A stretch of DNA of 57,786 nt from NCBI GenBank assembly GCA_036679645.1, contig JAZDCY010000037.1, positions 1 through 57,786 of the forward strand, in the 5' to 3' direction. Below the pieces are notes generated by a model. That model did no database searches. It was not told where the DNA came from and worked only from the letters and a program-made list of their open reading frames with translations. Both the position numbers and the translations under genes were made by a program. Shown piece by piece: positions 19,297 through 29,887 of the stretch; within the stretch, counting starts at the first letter, position 1, and every line of letters begins with the position of its first letter. This DNA comes from Gemmatimonadota bacterium. Lineage in GTDB: Bacteria > Gemmatimonadota > Gemmatimonadetes > Gemmatimonadales > GWC2-71-9.

Positions 19297-20985
19297 CTAG
19301 AACAGGCCTTCAATACTGCCATCGGCATTCACGCGCATGCGGTGGGCCGCAGGAGTCTTCCCGAGTCCCGGCATCGTCATGATATCGCCGGCTAGCGCGA
19401 CGACGAAACCGGCGCCGGCGGAGGGGTACATATCGCGGATGGTAATCCGGAATCCCGTTGGCGCCCCGAGTATGGTCTGATCGTCCGTAAACGAGTACTG
19501 TGTCTTCGCTATACACACTGGTGTATCGCCCAGTCCGAAGGTGACGAGCTGCTGCATCGCACGCTCCGCCGTGCGCGTAAAGTCCACGCCGTCGGCCCGA
19601 TACACCTTGGTCGCAATGGTCTCGATCTTATCTCGGATCGGCGCCGCCGTATCGTAGATTGGCCGGAACGCAGCACCGCCCTCCTCCAGCACCGCGAGGA
19701 CGAGATCGGCAAGCTCCATTCCTCCGTCGCCGCCTTTCTCCCACACTTCGGTGAGCGCCACGCGAACGCCCTGGGCCTCGCAGCCGCGCCGTATCACATC
19801 TAGCTCTTCGTCGCTGTCGGTCACGAACCTGTTCAGCGCCACAACAGCCGGAACGTCGAACAGGGCGATGTTCTCCAGGTGTCGCATGAGGTTGCCAAGG
19901 CCCGCCTCGACGGCTGCCGGGTCCGGCGTTGCGAGGTCGCTCTTGGCCGCTCCTCCGTGGAGCTTCAGGGCGCGTACGGTCGCCACGACGATCGCCGCCT
20001 CGGGCTCGAGCTTGCCCGCGCGGCACTTGATGTCGAAGAACTTCTCCGCGCCCAGATCGGCACCGAACCCTGCTTCAGTGATGACGAGGTCGGCGACGCG
20101 CAACGCCGCGTCGGTTGCCACGACCGAGTTACACCCGTGCGCAATGTTGCCGAAGGGTCCGCAGTGCACGAAAGCGGGTCCGCCCTCGAGCGTCTGAACG
20201 AGGTTGGGCGCGAGAGCGTCCTTGAGCAGGAGCGCCATTGCTCCCTGCGCCTTCAGGTCACATGCGCGTACGGGCTGCCGGTCCCGTGTCGAACCCACGA
20301 TGATGCGCGCAAGACGCTCCTCGAGGTCCTCGCGATCCTGCGCGAGTGACATGATCGCCATGATCTCACTCGCCGGCGTAATGACGAAGCGCTCCTCGCG
20401 CGGGATGCCACCCAATGGTCCACCAAGTCCGATCGTGACGTGCCGCAAGGCGCGGTCGTTCATGTCGATGGTACGCGGCCATGTGATCCGTCGGTGATCG
20501 AGCCCCGTGGCATTGCCCTGGTGCAGATGGTTGTCGAGCATCGCCGACAACAGGTTGTGCGCGCTCGAGATTGCGTGAAAGTCACCGGTGAAGTGCAGGT
20601 TGATGTCTTCCATGGGGACGACCTGCGCGTACCCACCACCCGCGGCGCCGCCCTTGATGCCGAAGACGGGTCCTAGGCTGGGCTCCCGAATGCACGCAAC
20701 CGCGCTAAGCGACCGCTTCTGGAGTGCTTGGGTCAGGCCGATCGTGACCGTCGATTTCCCTTCCCCGGCTGCCGTCGGGTTGATGCCAGTCACGAGCACG
20801 AGGCGACCCCGACGGGGCTGTTGGCGGACAGCGTCGAGCCGCACCTTCGCCTTCGTATGGCCGTACGGGATCAGCTCGTCTGGTCCGAGACCCAACGTCT
20901 CTGCGACCTCCGAGATGGGCCGAAGGGTGGCCGCTTGGGCGATCTCGATATCAGTCGGAACGGTCGAAGTGGTCGGAGTGGTCAT
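19297..20985 (-). CDS. fhs: Formate-tetrahydrofolate ligase
   Basis: TDIEIAQ, GEGKSTV, KGGAAGGGYAQV, GAEKFFDIKCR, IMTMPGL. Confidence 0.98.
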   Translation of the reverse strand: MTTPTTSTVPTDIEIAQAATLRPISEVAETLGLGPDELIPYGHTKAKVRLDAVRQQPRRGRLVLVTGINPTAAGEGKSTVTIGLTQALQKRSLSAVACIREPSLGPVFGIKGGAAGGGYAQVVPMEDINLHFTGDFHAISSAHNLLSAMLDNHLHQGNATGLDHRRITWPRTIDMNDRALRHVTIGLGGPLGGIPREERFVITPASEIMAIMSLAQDREDLEERLARIIVGSTRDRQPVRACDLKAQGAMALLLKDALAPNLVQTLEGGPAFVHCGPFGNIAHGCNSVVATDAALRVADLVITEAGFGADLGAEKFFDIKCRAGKLEPEAAIVVATVRALKLHGGAAKSDLATPDPAAVEAGLGNLMRHLENIALFDVPAVVALNRFVTDSDEELDVIRRGCEAQGVRVALTEVWEKGGDGGMELADLVLAVLEEGGAAFRPIYDTAAPIRDKIETIATKVYRADGVDFTRTAERAMQQLVTFGLGDTPVCIAKTQYSFTDDQTILGAPTGFRITIRDMYPSAGAGFVVALAGDIMTMPGLGKTPAAHRMRVNADGSIEGLF

Positions 20986-21767
20986 GACGTTCTAGGTAGA
21001 GGTTGGGTGACACGTGTACCGAAACAGCGTGTCGCGTTAGCCGTCGTCGCATCGATGAGCTCATGCAACGTGACACCGCGCGTCTCGGCAACGCGCGCGG
21101 CTACATGCCGGACAAAGGCGGGCTCGTTGCGCTTTCCCCGATGAGGGGCGGGGGTCAAGTATGGCGCGTCGGTCTCGATCAGCATGCGGTCGGTTGGGCA
21201 CGCGGACAACCAATCGGACAGTTTCCAGTTCTTGAACGTGACCATTCCGCTCCAGCCAAAGTACGCACCGATCTCCATGCCGGCATCGAAGACGTCCGCA
21301 CCTGAACTGAACGAGTGCAGCACGAGTGCGGGGACGGCGTTTCCGTGCTCGCGGAGTATTGCGGCCATATCGTCGTCCGCGTCGCGCGCGTGCACCACGA
21401 CTGGTAGGCCCACATTGGCGGCCATTGCGAGTTGCGCCTCGAAGGCTGTGCGCTGTACCTCGCGCGGTGCGTGGTCGTAGTGGTAGTCCAGTCCCGTTTC
21501 ACCCACCGCGACGACGGCCGGGTCATCGAGCGCCTCGCGCACGCTCGCGGCGGTTTCCGCGCTCCAGCTGGACGCTTCATGCGGGTGTACGCCGGCGGTG
21601 GCCGACAAGCCCGGACCGGCCAGCGCTCGGGCACGCGTCGTGGCCTCGGCCGATTCCGCAATCACCACGATGTGTCCGATGTCGGTGGCCGCGGCCCGGG
21701 CCACCACCTCGGCTCGGTCACCGTCGAACGCCCGGTCGCCGAGATGGCAGTGGGTGTCGATGAGCAT
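20982..21767 (-). CDS. tatD: TatD family hydrolase
   Basis: DTHCHL, GVHPH, GETGLDY, ETDAPY. Confidence 0.95.
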   Translation of the reverse strand: MLIDTHCHLGDRAFDGDRAEVVARAAATDIGHIVVIAESAEATTRARALAGPGLSATAGVHPHEASSWSAETAASVREALDDPAVVAVGETGLDYHYDHAPREVQRTAFEAQLAMAANVGLPVVVHARDADDDMAAILREHGNAVPALVLHSFSSGADVFDAGMEIGAYFGWSGMVTFKNWKLSDWLSACPTDRMLIETDAPYLTPAPHRGKRNEPAFVRHVAARVAETRGVTLHELIDATTANATRCFGTRVTQPLPRTS

Positions 21768-21773
21768 CTGGGC

Positions 21774-22763
21774 TCAACTGGCTGGGTGATGTCTTCGCCG
21801 CGCCGCTTCCGCGTGGCGCGGCTGTGCCACCAGTGTGCGCGCGCCGCGAACGTCCTCGCCTGGCCACCGTCGCTCGATCCACAGGAGTACCGGAGACGCG
21901 ATGTAAATCGACGACAAGGTCCCCACGACGATCCCGAACGTCATGACCCAGGCGAATCCCTTGATCACCTCGCCGCCGAAGATGAGCAACGCCAGAGTGG
22001 CGACCAGAGTCGTGAGGCTCGTCATGGCGGTCCGCGGCAGGGTCTCGTTGATGCTCTGGTTGAGCAACTCGTAGATGTTCTGCCGTTTGAACTTGCGGAG
22101 GTTCTCGCGGACCCGGTCGAAGACGACGATCGTATCGTTCAGCGAGTACCCTACAATAGTGAGCACGGCGGCCACGACCACTAGCGAGACCTCGAGATGC
22201 ATGACCCCTATGAAGGCGATCGTCGTCACGATGTCGTGCAAGGTCGCGGCAATCGCGGCGATCCCAAAACGCCACTCGAAGCGGAACCAGAGATAGATCA
22301 GGGTCGCACCGAAGGACAAGAGAATGGCGAGCAGGGCTTTTGTGCGTAGCTCGCTCCCAACCTTGGGCCCGACCGCTTCCACACGCTCGACGGTGAACCC
22401 GTCCGCTCCAAACGCGGTGGTGAGCGCCGCGTTTACCCGATCGTTGGTCTCCTGCTCGCTGAGTGGTGCGTCTTCAGATGCGATCACGACCTTGATGAGA
22501 AAATCGCTGGTTGTACCGAACGTCGTGATCTCCGCACCGCCGATGCCGGCGCCCACGAGGGTGGTGCGAATGGATGCGGTATTCACGGCATCGTTTGTGG
22601 TCGAGATTTGAATGAGCGTCCCGCCCGTGAATTCGATGCTCTCGCTCAGGCCCCGAACGCCGAGGAAGGTGAGGCCGATGATCGTCAACGCCCCGCTGAC
22701 GGTAAACGACGTCTTGCGAATCCGGAGGAAGTCGTAGCTGGTGTCTTGGAAGAACCGGAACAT
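21774..22763 (-). CDS. secF: Protein translocase subunit SecF
   Basis: IEFTGGT, VGPKVGSEL, GYSLNDTIVVFDRVREN. Confidence 0.97.
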   Translation of the reverse strand: MFRFFQDTSYDFLRIRKTSFTVSGALTIIGLTFLGVRGLSESIEFTGGTLIQISTTNDAVNTASIRTTLVGAGIGGAEITTFGTTSDFLIKVVIASEDAPLSEQETNDRVNAALTTAFGADGFTVERVEAVGPKVGSELRTKALLAILLSFGATLIYLWFRFEWRFGIAAIAATLHDIVTTIAFIGVMHLEVSLVVVAAVLTIVGYSLNDTIVVFDRVRENLRKFKRQNIYELLNQSINETLPRTAMTSLTTLVATLALLIFGGEVIKGFAWVMTFGIVVGTLSSIYIASPVLLWIERRWPGEDVRGARTLVAQPRHAEAARRRHHPAS

Positions 22764-24397
22764 TAGATCACGAACTCCTTGGTCTGCGCCCGTCGCTGGA
22801 GCCAGATCAGGAAGAGCGTACGTGTCACGAAGACCGCGGTGATGAACGAGGCCGCGATGCCGACGATGAGGGTCAGGGCGAATCCGCGCACCGGTCCCGT
22901 GCCGAACTGCAACAGAAACAGCGCGGTGAGCACCGTCGTGATGTTGGAATCAATGATGGCGGGGAGCGCGTGCTCGAAACCGCCATCTACGGCGGCACGC
23001 GTCGTCTTTTTTTGCGCGAGTTCCTCGCGTATGCGCTCGAAGATCAGCACGTTTGCGTCAACGGCCATGCCCACCGACAAGACGAACCCTGCCAGTCCCG
23101 GCAGCGTGATGGTGAAGCCAAAACTGGCCAGCCCCCCCAGCGTGAAGAGAAGGAAGAGCGACAGGGCAGCGACCGCGAGGAGTCCGGCAAAGCGATAGTA
23201 GAGTGCGACGAGAATCACCACGAGAATCGCCCCGATCGCGATTGCCCGCTTGCCCCGCTCGATCGAGTCCTGTCCCAAGCTCGGCCCGACGGTCCGTTCC
23301 TCGACAATGCGGAGCGGGGCCGGCAAGGCGCCTGCGCGGAGCACCAGTGCGAGGTCGCGTGCGTCTTCGAGATCCGCACTGCCCAATTCGATCTGTCCGT
23401 CCCGGTTGATCTGCGAGCGGATTACCGGGGGCGTGCCCTGGACGCGACCGTCAAGCACAATCGCCATGTTGTCGCCGATGTGGCGCGCGGTTTCTCTGCC
23501 GAAGATCCTGCCGCCGGCGCGTGTGAGCCGGAAGCGGACAATCGCCCCCCGGCTGACCTGGTCGATCGTGGCCGATGCGTCGCTCAACTGGTCACCCGTA
23601 ATGACCGGCCGACGAGCAACGGCGTACAACGGGCGGTAAGACTGCGCGCCCTGCGCCCGCGGGTCGGCTCCCCAAAGCAATTCCAGTCCCCGCGGGATCT
23701 CGCGCCGCACCGATTCGATCGTGATCATCGAATCGACTCGCGGGAAATCTTGCTCCGGAACCAGGTATTCGCCCTCCACGCTCCCCTGAAACAGCAGACT
23801 GCTCAATGGTCCCGGAGCGCTGGCGTCCTGCGAGTCTGCCGCGGTCGTGTCGTCGGTCGCGGCGGTGTCCAGACCAATGAGTTGCTCGATGGCCGACGGT
23901 GCTCCCGCACCGGCAGGCCCGGTGACGCCTGCCCGCCGGAGCGCGGCATCGATGCGGGGCAGCGCGTCGCGGAACTCACCGTTCATATCCGTGACCCGCC
24001 ATTCGAGGAACGCGGATCGTTGAACGATCTCTTTGGCGCGCTGCGGATCGCGTTCACCGGGCAGTTCCACGATGATCCGGGCATCGCCGAACCGCTGGAC
24101 GGTGGGCTCGGACACGCCGAACTCGTCGATCCGCTGCCGGATGATCTCGAGCGCCCGTTCCAGGGCGTCGTCCGGGTTGGGGACGGTGCCCTTGCTCTCG
24201 TCGATCTCGAGCGCGAGGTGGATCCCGCCTTGAAGGTCGAGGCCGTACTTGAGCGGCGTGCGCTGGACGACGATATCCTGCAAACGTCCATCGGGCCCAA
24301 GCTGGCGGATAGTGATCTCTCGGGGCCATAACGACCACCCGGAAAGGGCGACCAAGGTCCCGATGAGAAGAAGTCTGTTGCGAATAGAGCTTAGCAT
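22763..24397 (-). CDS. secD: Protein translocase subunit SecD
   Basis: GLDLQGG, RIDEFGVSEP, VGPSLG, GMAVDANVLIFERIREE. Confidence 0.97.
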   Translation of the reverse strand: MLSSIRNRLLLIGTLVALSGWSLWPREITIRQLGPDGRLQDIVVQRTPLKYGLDLQGGIHLALEIDESKGTVPNPDDALERALEIIRQRIDEFGVSEPTVQRFGDARIIVELPGERDPQRAKEIVQRSAFLEWRVTDMNGEFRDALPRIDAALRRAGVTGPAGAGAPSAIEQLIGLDTAATDDTTAADSQDASAPGPLSSLLFQGSVEGEYLVPEQDFPRVDSMITIESVRREIPRGLELLWGADPRAQGAQSYRPLYAVARRPVITGDQLSDASATIDQVSRGAIVRFRLTRAGGRIFGRETARHIGDNMAIVLDGRVQGTPPVIRSQINRDGQIELGSADLEDARDLALVLRAGALPAPLRIVEERTVGPSLGQDSIERGKRAIAIGAILVVILVALYYRFAGLLAVAALSLFLLFTLGGLASFGFTITLPGLAGFVLSVGMAVDANVLIFERIREELAQKKTTRAAVDGGFEHALPAIIDSNITTVLTALFLLQFGTGPVRGFALTLIVGIAASFITAVFVTRTLFLIWLQRRAQTKEFVI

Positions 24398-24426
24398 CGT
24401 CGTATTCAGAAAAAAGCCCGAAAAAG

Positions 24427-25338
24427 TTAACCCTTCGCCGCCTCTGGTGGCACCGCCAACGCGGCGAAGGCCGCATCACGATCCTGGTCCAGCTGCTCTT
24501 TCAGCGCGCTGGCCGAGCCGAACGACATTACATCTCGCAGCCGCCGGACCCACGATACCTTGGCATCGCTGCCGTAGAGGCTCGGCTCCGCCCCAAAGAG
24601 GTGCACCTCGAGAGACCGTTCCTCATCGTCGAACGTCGGGCGGGGGCCAAGGTGCATCATCCCGCCCGCCGATCCGTCCCGCCACTCCGTACGCACCGCG
24701 TATACGCCGTCGGGCGGAAGGAGTTTCCTCGGATCAGGCGGTGAGAGGTTGATGGTCCGGTAGCCCAGGTCCCGCCCGCGACCCGCCCCCTCGATAACCG
24801 TCCCGGTCATGGAGTACAATCGCCCAAGATGCCGGGCAGCCGTCTCCAGGTTCCCACCCGCGATTGCCCGCCGGATGAGGGTGGACGAGACCTCGCGGCC
24901 CTCAATATCGACCGGTGGCACGAGGTCGACCGCGAAGCGAAGCTGGGTTCCCAGCTCGCGCAGGAGCTGGACATCGCCGGCCCGCCCGCGTCCGAACCCG
25001 TGATCGTGCCCAATGACGAGCTCTCGCATCCCGAATCGTTCATAGAGCAGCCGCACGAACGACTCGGGAGGTGTGTTGGCGAGTTGGCGCGTGAACGCCA
25101 GAAACACTACCGCATCGAGTTCGCTCTGAGCCAGGACCTCGCGCCGTTCTCCGTCCAGGGTCAGCAAGGGTGGAGCAGCCTGCGGGTTCACGATCTCCAG
25201 CGGATGCGGGACGAACGTAACCAGGAGACTGCGCCGCTCGGACCGCCGTGCGCGCTCGGCGATCTCCTCGAGCACGGCCCGGTGTCCCAGGTGCACGCCG
25301 TCGAAGCTCCCGACGGTCACCACGGTCTCGCGCGTCAC
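24427..25338 (-). CDS. ribF: Bifunctional riboflavin kinase/FAD synthetase
   Basis: GSFDGVHLGH, SSTLIR, GRDLGYRTIN, EVHL; GTG start overlaps the truB stop. Confidence 0.95.
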   Translation of the reverse strand: MTRETVVTVGSFDGVHLGHRAVLEEIAERARRSERRSLLVTFVPHPLEIVNPQAAPPLLTLDGERREVLAQSELDAVVFLAFTRQLANTPPESFVRLLYERFGMRELVIGHDHGFGRGRAGDVQLLRELGTQLRFAVDLVPPVDIEGREVSSTLIRRAIAGGNLETAARHLGRLYSMTGTVIEGAGRGRDLGYRTINLSPPDPRKLLPPDGVYAVRTEWRDGSAGGMMHLGPRPTFDDEERSLEVHLFGAEPSLYGSDAKVSWVRRLRDVMSFGSASALKEQLDQDRDAAFAALAVPPEAAKG

Positions 25339-26192
25339 GGCTCGAAGACGACACGGGGCTTCAGAAGTTCCCCTGCGGGCTCGGCGATGGCCACGAGGGT
25401 CTCGTTGGCGAGCAGTGCGACTGCCGGTGCGTCCCACACCCTCGTGTCCGCGAGCGGTCGGCCATGTTGCACCGCCAGGCGCTCGGAGGCGTCCAGCGGC
25501 CGGCTAGGCAGGTGGGGGACGGCGTCAGCTGCCGGCCGGGGGCTCACCGTACCCGCTTCGATGTCCTCGAGCGAGACGGCATCAGTGACATCCCACGGGC
25601 CCACCGACAGACGACGGAGCGACGCCAGGGACGCCCCACACCCCAGGACCTCGCCGATGTCGCGCGCGAGCGCGCGGATGTAGGTACCGCTGCTCACGGA
25701 CGTATGGAAGGAGACCTCTGGTCCATCACGGTGCACGACGTGCAGGTCGAAGACCTCGATGGACTGTGTGGGCAGCCTGACGTACTCGCCCCTCCGCGCC
25801 CGGCGGTGCGCGGGGCGGCCGCCGATCTTCTTTGCCGAGTACTCGGGCGGGCGTTGTTCCAGTTGGCCGGTGTGCTCGGCGAAAGCTGACGCGAGCGCCG
25901 CGTCTGTCACCCCGGCGGCGTCGCGTTCCTCGACCACCGCTCCCGTCAGGTCGTCGGTGTCCGTGCGGCAACCAAGGCGGATCATTCCCGTATAGCTCTT
26001 GGGAAGACCCACGAGGTATGGCATCAAGCGCGTCGCGCGACCCACGAGCAGAAGGAGTAGTCCTGTGGCAAACGGATCGAGCGTCCCCCCGTGTCCCACG
26101 CGACGGGTAGCGAGGGCTCGTCGGACCACGCTCACCACGTCGTGTGACGTCGGGCCAGCGGGTTTGTCGACCAGCAGGAAGCCCTCGCTCAC
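25335..26192 (-). CDS. truB: tRNA pseudouridine(55) synthase
   Basis: DKPAGPTSHDVV, GHGGTLDPFATG, SSGTYIRALARD. Confidence 0.97.
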   Translation of the reverse strand: MSEGFLLVDKPAGPTSHDVVSVVRRALATRRVGHGGTLDPFATGLLLLLVGRATRLMPYLVGLPKSYTGMIRLGCRTDTDDLTGAVVEERDAAGVTDAALASAFAEHTGQLEQRPPEYSAKKIGGRPAHRRARRGEYVRLPTQSIEVFDLHVVHRDGPEVSFHTSVSSGTYIRALARDIGEVLGCGASLASLRRLSVGPWDVTDAVSLEDIEAGTVSPRPAADAVPHLPSRPLDASERLAVQHGRPLADTRVWDAPAVALLANETLVAIAEPAGELLKPRVVFEP

Positions 26193-26560
26193 GAGTCGTG
26201 CTCCTCCACCTCGTGGATCTGATCCAGCAGCGCATCGATGCGGCGCGCGTGTTCCGGCCCGCGATCCATAACGAAGTGCAGCTCGGGCGCGACGCGGAGT
26301 GGCAGCGCGCGCGCGAGATGGCTGCGAAGAAATCCGCGTGCACTCACGAGCCCTTCATGCGCGTGCGCCCTATCCTCGTCCGAGCCCAGGATGCTCACCC
26401 ACACGGTGGCGTGCGTCCCATCCGGGCTTACTTCAACACCTGTAATGGTCGCAAACCCCACACGCGGATCTTTCAGTTCGGAGACCATCACCGGGGCGAG
26501 GGTTTCCTGAATCAGCGCGGCCAGGCGCTGCGATCGATGCCGACTGCCGGAGCGACTCAT
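26189..26560 (-). CDS. rbfA: Ribosome-binding factor A
   Basis: KDPRVGFATITGVEVSPD, PELHF. Confidence 0.96.
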   Translation of the reverse strand: MSRSGSRHRSQRLAALIQETLAPVMVSELKDPRVGFATITGVEVSPDGTHATVWVSILGSDEDRAHAHEGLVSARGFLRSHLARALPLRVAPELHFVMDRGPEHARRIDALLDQIHEVEEHDS

Positions 26561-26838
26561 AGGAACGTCAGGGTCGAATCGATGACGCGAGCGAGATCAT
26601 GCCCGGATACCAGACCGTCCGCCGAGGTGAGCACCTGCTCGGCGTGCCGCCTGTCCGTCGCGACGACGCAGCACGAGAGCTCGGCACGTTGCCACCGGTC
26701 GTGATGTGCCGTCTCCGCGACGGACACGTTGAACTGCTGGTGTAGTCTGTCCTTGAGGCTCTTGAGAATACGGCGCTTGTCCTTCAGGGATGCGCACCCG
26801 TTGAGATGCAGGTCCCACGTGACGACCGCTATAGTCAC
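26557..26838 (-). CDS. DUF503 (YlxP-like) protein
   Basis: SLKDKRR...FNVSVAE; typical position between infB and rbfA. Confidence 0.92.
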   Translation of the reverse strand: MTIAVVTWDLHLNGCASLKDKRRILKSLKDRLHQQFNVSVAETAHHDRWQRAELSCCVVATDRRHAEQVLTSADGLVSGHDLARVIDSTLTFL

Positions 26839-26850
26839 TTGTTCCGGCGA

Positions 26851-29565
26851 CTATTCCGGCGTGGCCTTGGTCTGTTCGGCGCGCCAAGCTCCGGTGTCCG
26901 TAGGCTCGAGAGTTCGGGCGATCTCCTCAATCCGATAGGTCTCGAGACGGTCGCCGGCCTTGATGTCGTTGAAGTTCTCGACACCGATACCGCACTCGAG
27001 TCCTTCTTTGACCTCGCGCACATCGTCCTTGAAGCGTTTCAGACTCGACAGCGTGCCTTCGTAGACCTCGGTGCCGTCGCGCACTAGACGCACGCGGGCT
27101 TCGCGTCGGATCGTGCCGCTGGTCACCTGGCAGCCGGCAATGGTTCCGGTACCGGAAATCTTGAAAGCCTGGAGGACCTCTGCCTCGCCCTCGACGATTT
27201 CCCGCTGTTCCGGTGCGAGCATGCCCTCGAGGGCGGACTTCACCTCTGCTACCGCCTCGTAGATCACGCGGTAGGTGCGAACGTCCACCTTCTCGCGCTC
27301 CGCCGCCGACCGGGCGTTTGCGTCGGGTCGGACGTGGAAGCCAATGACAATTGCCTCCGACGCCTTTGCGAAGATGACGTCGCTCTCTGAGATCGCGCCG
27401 ACACCACGGTGGATGACCTGGACGGCCACTTCACTGGTGGAGAGCTGTGCAAAGGCGTCGGCGAGCGCTTCGGCCGGTCCGGCCTGATCGGCCTTGATGA
27501 TGATCTTGAGTGCCTGGACCTCGCCCTCTTCGATCCGGCGGGAGAGCTCCTCGAGTGACACCCCCCGCGTCGTCCGGCGGTGCTGGGCTTCGCGGTCCAA
27601 CCGCTGACGTTTCTGCGCGATCTCGCGCGCCTGCTGCGCGTCGGACACCATCGTGAAGTGGTCACCCGCCTGCGGCACGCCATCGATTCCCAGCACCTGC
27701 ACCGGGATGGACGGACCCGCGGACGTGACTCGCTTGCCCCGCTCGTCGAACAGGGCGCGCACGCGACCAGCGAGGCTCCCGCAAATGAGATTCTGCCCGA
27801 TCCTCAACGTGCCGTTCTGGATCAGGACCGTCGCGACGGGACCCCTTCCAGGATCGAGCGAACTCTCGATCACCGTGCCACGAGCATCGCGGTCGGGGTT
27901 GGCCCGTTTGTCGAGCAGTTCGGCCTGTAGCAGGATCTTCTCTAGCAGGTCGTCTACGCCCTGACCCGACTTGGCCGAGATTGCCGAAGACAGCGTGTCC
28001 CCGCCGAAGTCCTCGATCACGACCTCGTGCTGCAACAGCCCCTGCTTGACCTTCTCGATGTTCGCCGCCGGGAGATCGATCTTGTTGATCGCGACGATTA
28101 TCGGCACGCCGGCGTTCTTCGCGTGGCTGATCGCCTCGATCGTCTGCGGCATGACCTGATCGTCGGCCGCCACGACCAGTACCACCAGATCCGTCATCTG
28201 CGCCCCGCGCGCACGCATGGCGGTGAACGCCTCGTGCCCTGGCGTGTCGAGGAAGGTGATGCCCTTCCCCTCGGCGACCTCGACGTGATAGGCGCCGATG
28301 TGCTGCGTGATACCGCCGGCCTCTCCCGCGATCACGTTGGTCTTCCGGATGTGGTCGAGGAGCGATGTCTTGCCGTGGTCCACGTGACCCATCACCGTCA
28401 CTACGGGTGGTCTGGGACGCAGGTCTTCCTGCGCATCCGGCTCCTCGGTGGTGAGTGTGTCCGCGGGTACGTATTCCTCTTCCTGCTCCGCCTGGAACCC
28501 GAAAGCGCCGGCAATCAGCTCGATCTGATCGAAATCGAGTCGCTGATTCACCGTGACCATCATGCCCAGTTCCTTGAAGCAGAAGGAGACGATGTCGGTG
28601 CGAGTGACCTTCAATGTCTCGGCCAGCTCCGACACCGTGATAAACTCGTTGACGCGCACGAGCGTCTTCTCGCGTTCCTTCTCCTCTTGGCGGCGCTGCT
28701 CCTCGCGCTGACGGAACGACGGCTCGTCGTCACGTCGCCGTGTTTTCTTGCTGGGTCCGCTCTTGAGCGACGCGAGCGTCTTGCTGATGTTGGCCTGCAC
28801 GGCTTCCTGGTCCACCTGCGACCGCTTCCCTTTGCGCCGCTTCTTGCCCTTGTCGCGGCGCCGTTCTTCGGTGACTTCGCCTGGGGTGGCGGACGCGATG
28901 GGTCGCGGTGTGGCGGAGGCAACCGGCTTGATCCGGGGAGCGCCACCCGAGGGCCGGGCGATGCGCATCGGCTTGACCGCTTCGGGCGCCGACTCCGGCT
29001 TGGTCGGGACGGTGCCATGGGGCGCCGCGAGCCGGTCTGGCGTGTCCGCCACGGGTGGTGCAGTGGCGGTTGCAGCGGCTTGCTCCACCTCCACCGGCTC
29101 CACCGGCGGTGCCGGCGTCTCGACTCCTGCGGGTTGGTCCCCAAAGAGGGCGGCCGCTCGCTCCTCGAGCGACTGTTCCTTCGCCGTCTCGACGATTTCC
29201 TCGGGCGCGGCCGCCACGGCGGCCGCTTCGCGCTCGAGTCGCTCCATTTCCTCTTCGGCCGCGATTTTGGCCACCTCCGCGGCGGTGCGGCGACGGCGGC
29301 GCGGACGCGGGGGAGCTTTGACGGGCTCGGCCACGATCTTGGCGGCCTTCGTCCGGCGACGTGTTTTCTTCTTCTTGTCGTCGGCGCCGGCTTTCCGCCG
29401 CTTGTCGCGCTCCCATCGGGCGCGCGCGAGCGACACCTGATCGGCGTCGAGTGACGACAGGTGACTCCTGACGTGAATGCCGATATCGGCGAGCATCTGC
29501 AGCAGGTTATCGCTCTGAATCGCGAACTCCGCCGCGAGATCGTGGACTCGCGTCTTAGTCGCCAC
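26851..29565 (-). CDS. infB: Translation initiation factor IF-2
   Basis: [36 protein letters not shown]. Confidence 0.99.
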   Translation of the reverse strand: MATKTRVHDLAAEFAIQSDNLLQMLADIGIHVRSHLSSLDADQVSLARARWERDKRRKAGADDKKKKTRRRTKAAKIVAEPVKAPPRPRRRRRTAAEVAKIAAEEEMERLEREAAAVAAAPEEIVETAKEQSLEERAAALFGDQPAGVETPAPPVEPVEVEQAAATATAPPVADTPDRLAAPHGTVPTKPESAPEAVKPMRIARPSGGAPRIKPVASATPRPIASATPGEVTEERRRDKGKKRRKGKRSQVDQEAVQANISKTLASLKSGPSKKTRRRDDEPSFRQREEQRRQEEKEREKTLVRVNEFITVSELAETLKVTRTDIVSFCFKELGMMVTVNQRLDFDQIELIAGAFGFQAEQEEEYVPADTLTTEEPDAQEDLRPRPPVVTVMGHVDHGKTSLLDHIRKTNVIAGEAGGITQHIGAYHVEVAEGKGITFLDTPGHEAFTAMRARGAQMTDLVVLVVAADDQVMPQTIEAISHAKNAGVPIIVAINKIDLPAANIEKVKQGLLQHEVVIEDFGGDTLSSAISAKSGQGVDDLLEKILLQAELLDKRANPDRDARGTVIESSLDPGRGPVATVLIQNGTLRIGQNLICGSLAGRVRALFDERGKRVTSAGPSIPVQVLGIDGVPQAGDHFTMVSDAQQAREIAQKRQRLDREAQHRRTTRGVSLEELSRRIEEGEVQALKIIIKADQAGPAEALADAFAQLSTSEVAVQVIHRGVGAISESDVIFAKASEAIVIGFHVRPDANARSAAEREKVDVRTYRVIYEAVAEVKSALEGMLAPEQREIVEGEAEVLQAFKISGTGTIAGCQVTSGTIRREARVRLVRDGTEVYEGTLSSLKRFKDDVREVKEGLECGIGVENFNDIKAGDRLETYRIEEIARTLEPTDTGAWRAEQTKATPE

Positions 29566-29887
29566 TTAGGCCTCCTGCACTGCGGCCGGTCTGCTTGGCC
29601 ATGATTCCCTCGGCGAGCTGCTTGTCGGTGATCCCAACCGCCTGCACGGTCGCACGGCCAACGCGGTGACCCAGCGTTGCTGCCGGCGGTCCTTCGACGA
29701 TGGGTACGCCGCGCGCCCGCGCAAGTCGTTCCACCTTCTCTTTGGTTCTGGTGGTGCGGTCCGCTGCGATCACCACCGCCCGCACTCTGTCTCTCTTGAG
29801 TTCCGCACGTACTACCCCTGTACCGATCAGTACTGTCCCGGCCCGGACACCAAGTCCCAACAATCCGAGCGCGCCGTCGTGCATCAT
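29555..29887 (-). CDS. L7Ae/L30e-family RNA-binding protein (YlxQ-like)
   Basis: LGLLGLGVRAG...LGHRVGR...AVGITDKQLAEGI; lies between nusA and infB. Confidence 0.88.
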   Translation of the reverse strand: MMHDGALGLLGLGVRAGTVLIGTGVVRAELKRDRVRAVVIAADRTTRTKEKVERLARARGVPIVEGPPAATLGHRVGRATVQAVGITDKQLAEGIMAKQTGRSAGGLSGD